Shown one piece after another: positions 62,226 to 64,000 of a stretch of 64,000 nucleotides of DNA. How positions within the stretch are numbered: the first letter of the stretch is position 1; each line of letters starts with the position of its first letter. Origin of the DNA: Candidatus Multivorans sp. (GTDB lineage Bacteria > Acidobacteriota > Thermoanaerobaculia > Multivoradales > Multivoraceae); contig OZ245033.1 of NCBI GenBank assembly GCA_965224025.1, positions 544,001 through 608,000 of the forward strand. Direction: 5' to 3'. The notes beneath the pieces were generated by a model, which did not search any database, was not told the DNA's origin, and worked only from the letters and a program-made list of their open reading frames with translations. The position numbers were made by a program, and so were the translations under genes.

Positions 62226-62473
62226 CTCCAGAGTTCCTCGTCGATCTCCCGGAAGGGCCGAACGGCTTCTTCGAACTCGCTGAACTCGTCCTCCGTCCAT
62301 GTACCGGCCAGGCGGCGGAGTCCGTTGCTCCGTTCCGCCTTCTCCGAGACTCCGAGCGCCTCCTGCATCAGGGCAAGTACGGTCCGGTTGAGAGAGAGGC
62401 CGCGCCTGCTCTTTTCCTCCTGAAGGGCCTCTGCGAGGTCCGGCGACACGTTGCGTATGGTCATCGTCTTCAT
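62222..62473 (-). CDS. Ribbon-helix-helix antitoxin (FitA/VapB-like)
   Basis: MTIRNV..L...SLN, LAGTW, IDEELW; GTGA overlap with the toxin. Confidence 0.85.
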   Translation of the reverse strand: MKTMTIRNVSPDLAEALQEEKSRRGLSLNRTVLALMQEALGVSEKAERSNGLRRLAGTWTEDEFSEFEEAVRPFREIDEELWR

Positions 62474-62634
62474 CGGGCTTGCTCCGGGTGCTTGCACTAG
62501 CAAGGAGTCTATGCAGTCGCCCTAGTGACTGCAAGATGCCTCGTTGCAGTAGAGAGGCTTCGAAGCACTGCTGCGTCTCCCAGGGTGCGCGGGTGTCATC
62601 CATGCACCCGAGGACGCGCGCACGGACTGGTTCA

Positions 62635-62659
62635 CGGGTGGCGCGGATCGCGCCACCCG
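62635..62659. repeat. Palindromic REP-like unit, family P
   Basis: CGGGTGGCGCG-GAT-CGCGCCACCCG. Confidence 0.75.
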
Positions 62660-62683
62660 GGCTCTGGCCTGCATCCGACGCGG

Positions 62684-64000
62684 CTACTCCGCTTCCAGTG
62701 CCCGACGGGGGTCGGCGCGGCCGGCCCGGCGGGCGGGAAGGAACGAGGCCATCACCGCGATCACCAGGAGCACGAGCGCCGCCACTGCGAACGCCAGCGG
62801 ATCGCGGGGAGTCCGGTCGTCAAAGAGCAGCGGCTCGATGAACTTGCCCGCCCAGAGCGCGGCGAGTGCACCGGCGACGACACCAGCCGCCGCCAGCGAG
62901 AAACCGCGCGTCAGCACCATGCGCAGAAGGTCGGACGCCTTGGCACCGAGCGCACGCCGGATGCCGAACTCCAACTCGCGTTGACGGACCCCGAACGCGA
63001 TGACGGCATAGAGCCCGATGGCGGAGAGCAGTACTGCCAGCACGGCGGAGGCGCCGAACAGACGCATTCCGATCCTCCACCTGTGGACCCGCGACGCGAA
63101 CTCGGCGGAGAGGCTTCGAACGCTGTCGCGCGGCAGATCCGGGAACAGCTCCGCGAGGACTCGGAGCGCCGGCTGAACCAGCGGCGTTGGGTCGCCCCGG
63201 GTCCGGACGAGCAGCGTTCTGAGTTCGCTCGTGAACCTCGCTGCCTGGGTATCCAACAGCACCTTCGATAGCGGCAGGTAGTAGACGGGATCCCGATCGC
63301 TGTCGAGCAGACCGAACTCGAGCGCGGCTTCCACGACGCCGACGACCGTGGTGCAGACGCTTTCTTCGCTGTCCAGGTAGAGGCATCGACCGAGGGCGCT
63401 CTCGGCGGGCCATACCCTGCCGGCGAATGTCGTGTTGACCACCGCAACCCGTTCGGTTCCCTCCCGGTCCCACTCGGTGAAGCCGCGGCCCTCTCGAATC
63501 TGCAGGCTCGCCACGCTGAAGAAGTTCGGCGAGACACCGTTCTCGTAGGGACTGAAGGCGAGCGGCAAGCTGTCGCGCCCCTCGACACGCAACCCGCCCG
63601 TTCCCGCCGCCATGAACAGCGGCGAATTCGTCCCCTGGGCTACATCGAGGACGCCAGGCAGCGTGCGGAGCCGCGCCTCCATCATGTCGACCGCGGGCTC
63701 GTTGAGCGGATCGTTGGACTCCGCCTCGTGCAGCATCACCGTGAGGAGATTCTCTCTTTCGTAGCCGATGTCCACTACGCGGGCGGCTTGAAAGGAGCGG
63801 TAGAAGATGGCCGCGCCGACAAGCAGGGCCAGGCAGAGCGCGGTCTGGGCGACGATCAAGCCGCTACGGACCGGCGAACCGAGCGCGGAAGCGCCGCGGC
63901 CGCCATCGAGCCGCTCGATCGCTCGACCCCGCGCCGCGTAGAGCGCCGGGACCAGCGCCGCGCCCAGTCCGATCACGAGCGCCGTGGCGGCGGTGAAGCC
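62684..64000 (-). CDS. ADOP/MacB-FtsX ABC permease (3' part; runs off the window edge)
   Basis: LIVAQTALCLALLVGA, EFGIRRALGA, PARRAGRADP. Confidence 0.9.
   Translation of the reverse strand, partial: GFTAATALVIGLGAALVPALYAARGRAIERLDGGRGASALGSPVRSGLIVAQTALCLALLVGAAIFYRSFQAARVVDIGYERENLLTVMLHEAESNDPLNEPAVDMMEARLRTLPGVLDVAQGTNSPLFMAAGTGGLRVEGRDSLPLAFSPYENGVSPNFFSVASLQIREGRGFTEWDREGTERVAVVNTTFAGRVWPAESALGRCLYLDSEESVCTTVVGVVEAALEFGLLDSDRDPVYYLPLSKVLLDTQAARFTSELRTLLVRTRGDPTPLVQPALRVLAELFPDLPRDSVRSLSAEFASRVHRWRIGMRLFGASAVLAVLLSAIGLYAVIAFGVRQRELEFGIRRALGAKASDLLRMVLTRGFSLAAAGVVAGALAALWAGKFIEPLLFDDRTPRDPLAFAVAALVLLVIAVMASFLPARRAGRADPRRALEAE

Overview
GC-rich bacterial window. A split F0F1 operon, an ADOP-type permease and the amidase-GerMN-murI-rph block suggest Acidobacteriota; a secreted ankyrin protein, a kelch protein, TauD and nitrile hydratase suggest a marine host-associated (sponge-type) lineage (both inference). 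Intact core genes: glyQS, folD, atpF'FHAGDC, ftcD, mpl, rph, murI, amidase, tRNA-Gln/Ser/Glu. These are interleaved with decaying accessory DNA: a restriction-modification/defence island, toxin-antitoxin pairs, three IS elements and several internally deleted or frameshifted genes. Main signals: (1) an IS110 element whose left non-coding end folds into a complete bridge-RNA architecture, with target and donor guides, handshake bases, a CC core and a circle-junction promoter all readable from the sequence, inserted in a REP-like palindrome; (2) an exported AhpC/TSA-DsbD-like selenoprotein (WUPYC plus SECIS) that the ORF track splits in two; (3) a ~105-bp structured repeat family with compensatory changes, one copy inserted in frame inside the atl gene; (4) a ~195-nt rod-like, GGA-rich candidate ncRNA after glyQS; (5) small ORFs missed by the track. 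Family names come from motif recognition only; no database searches were run.
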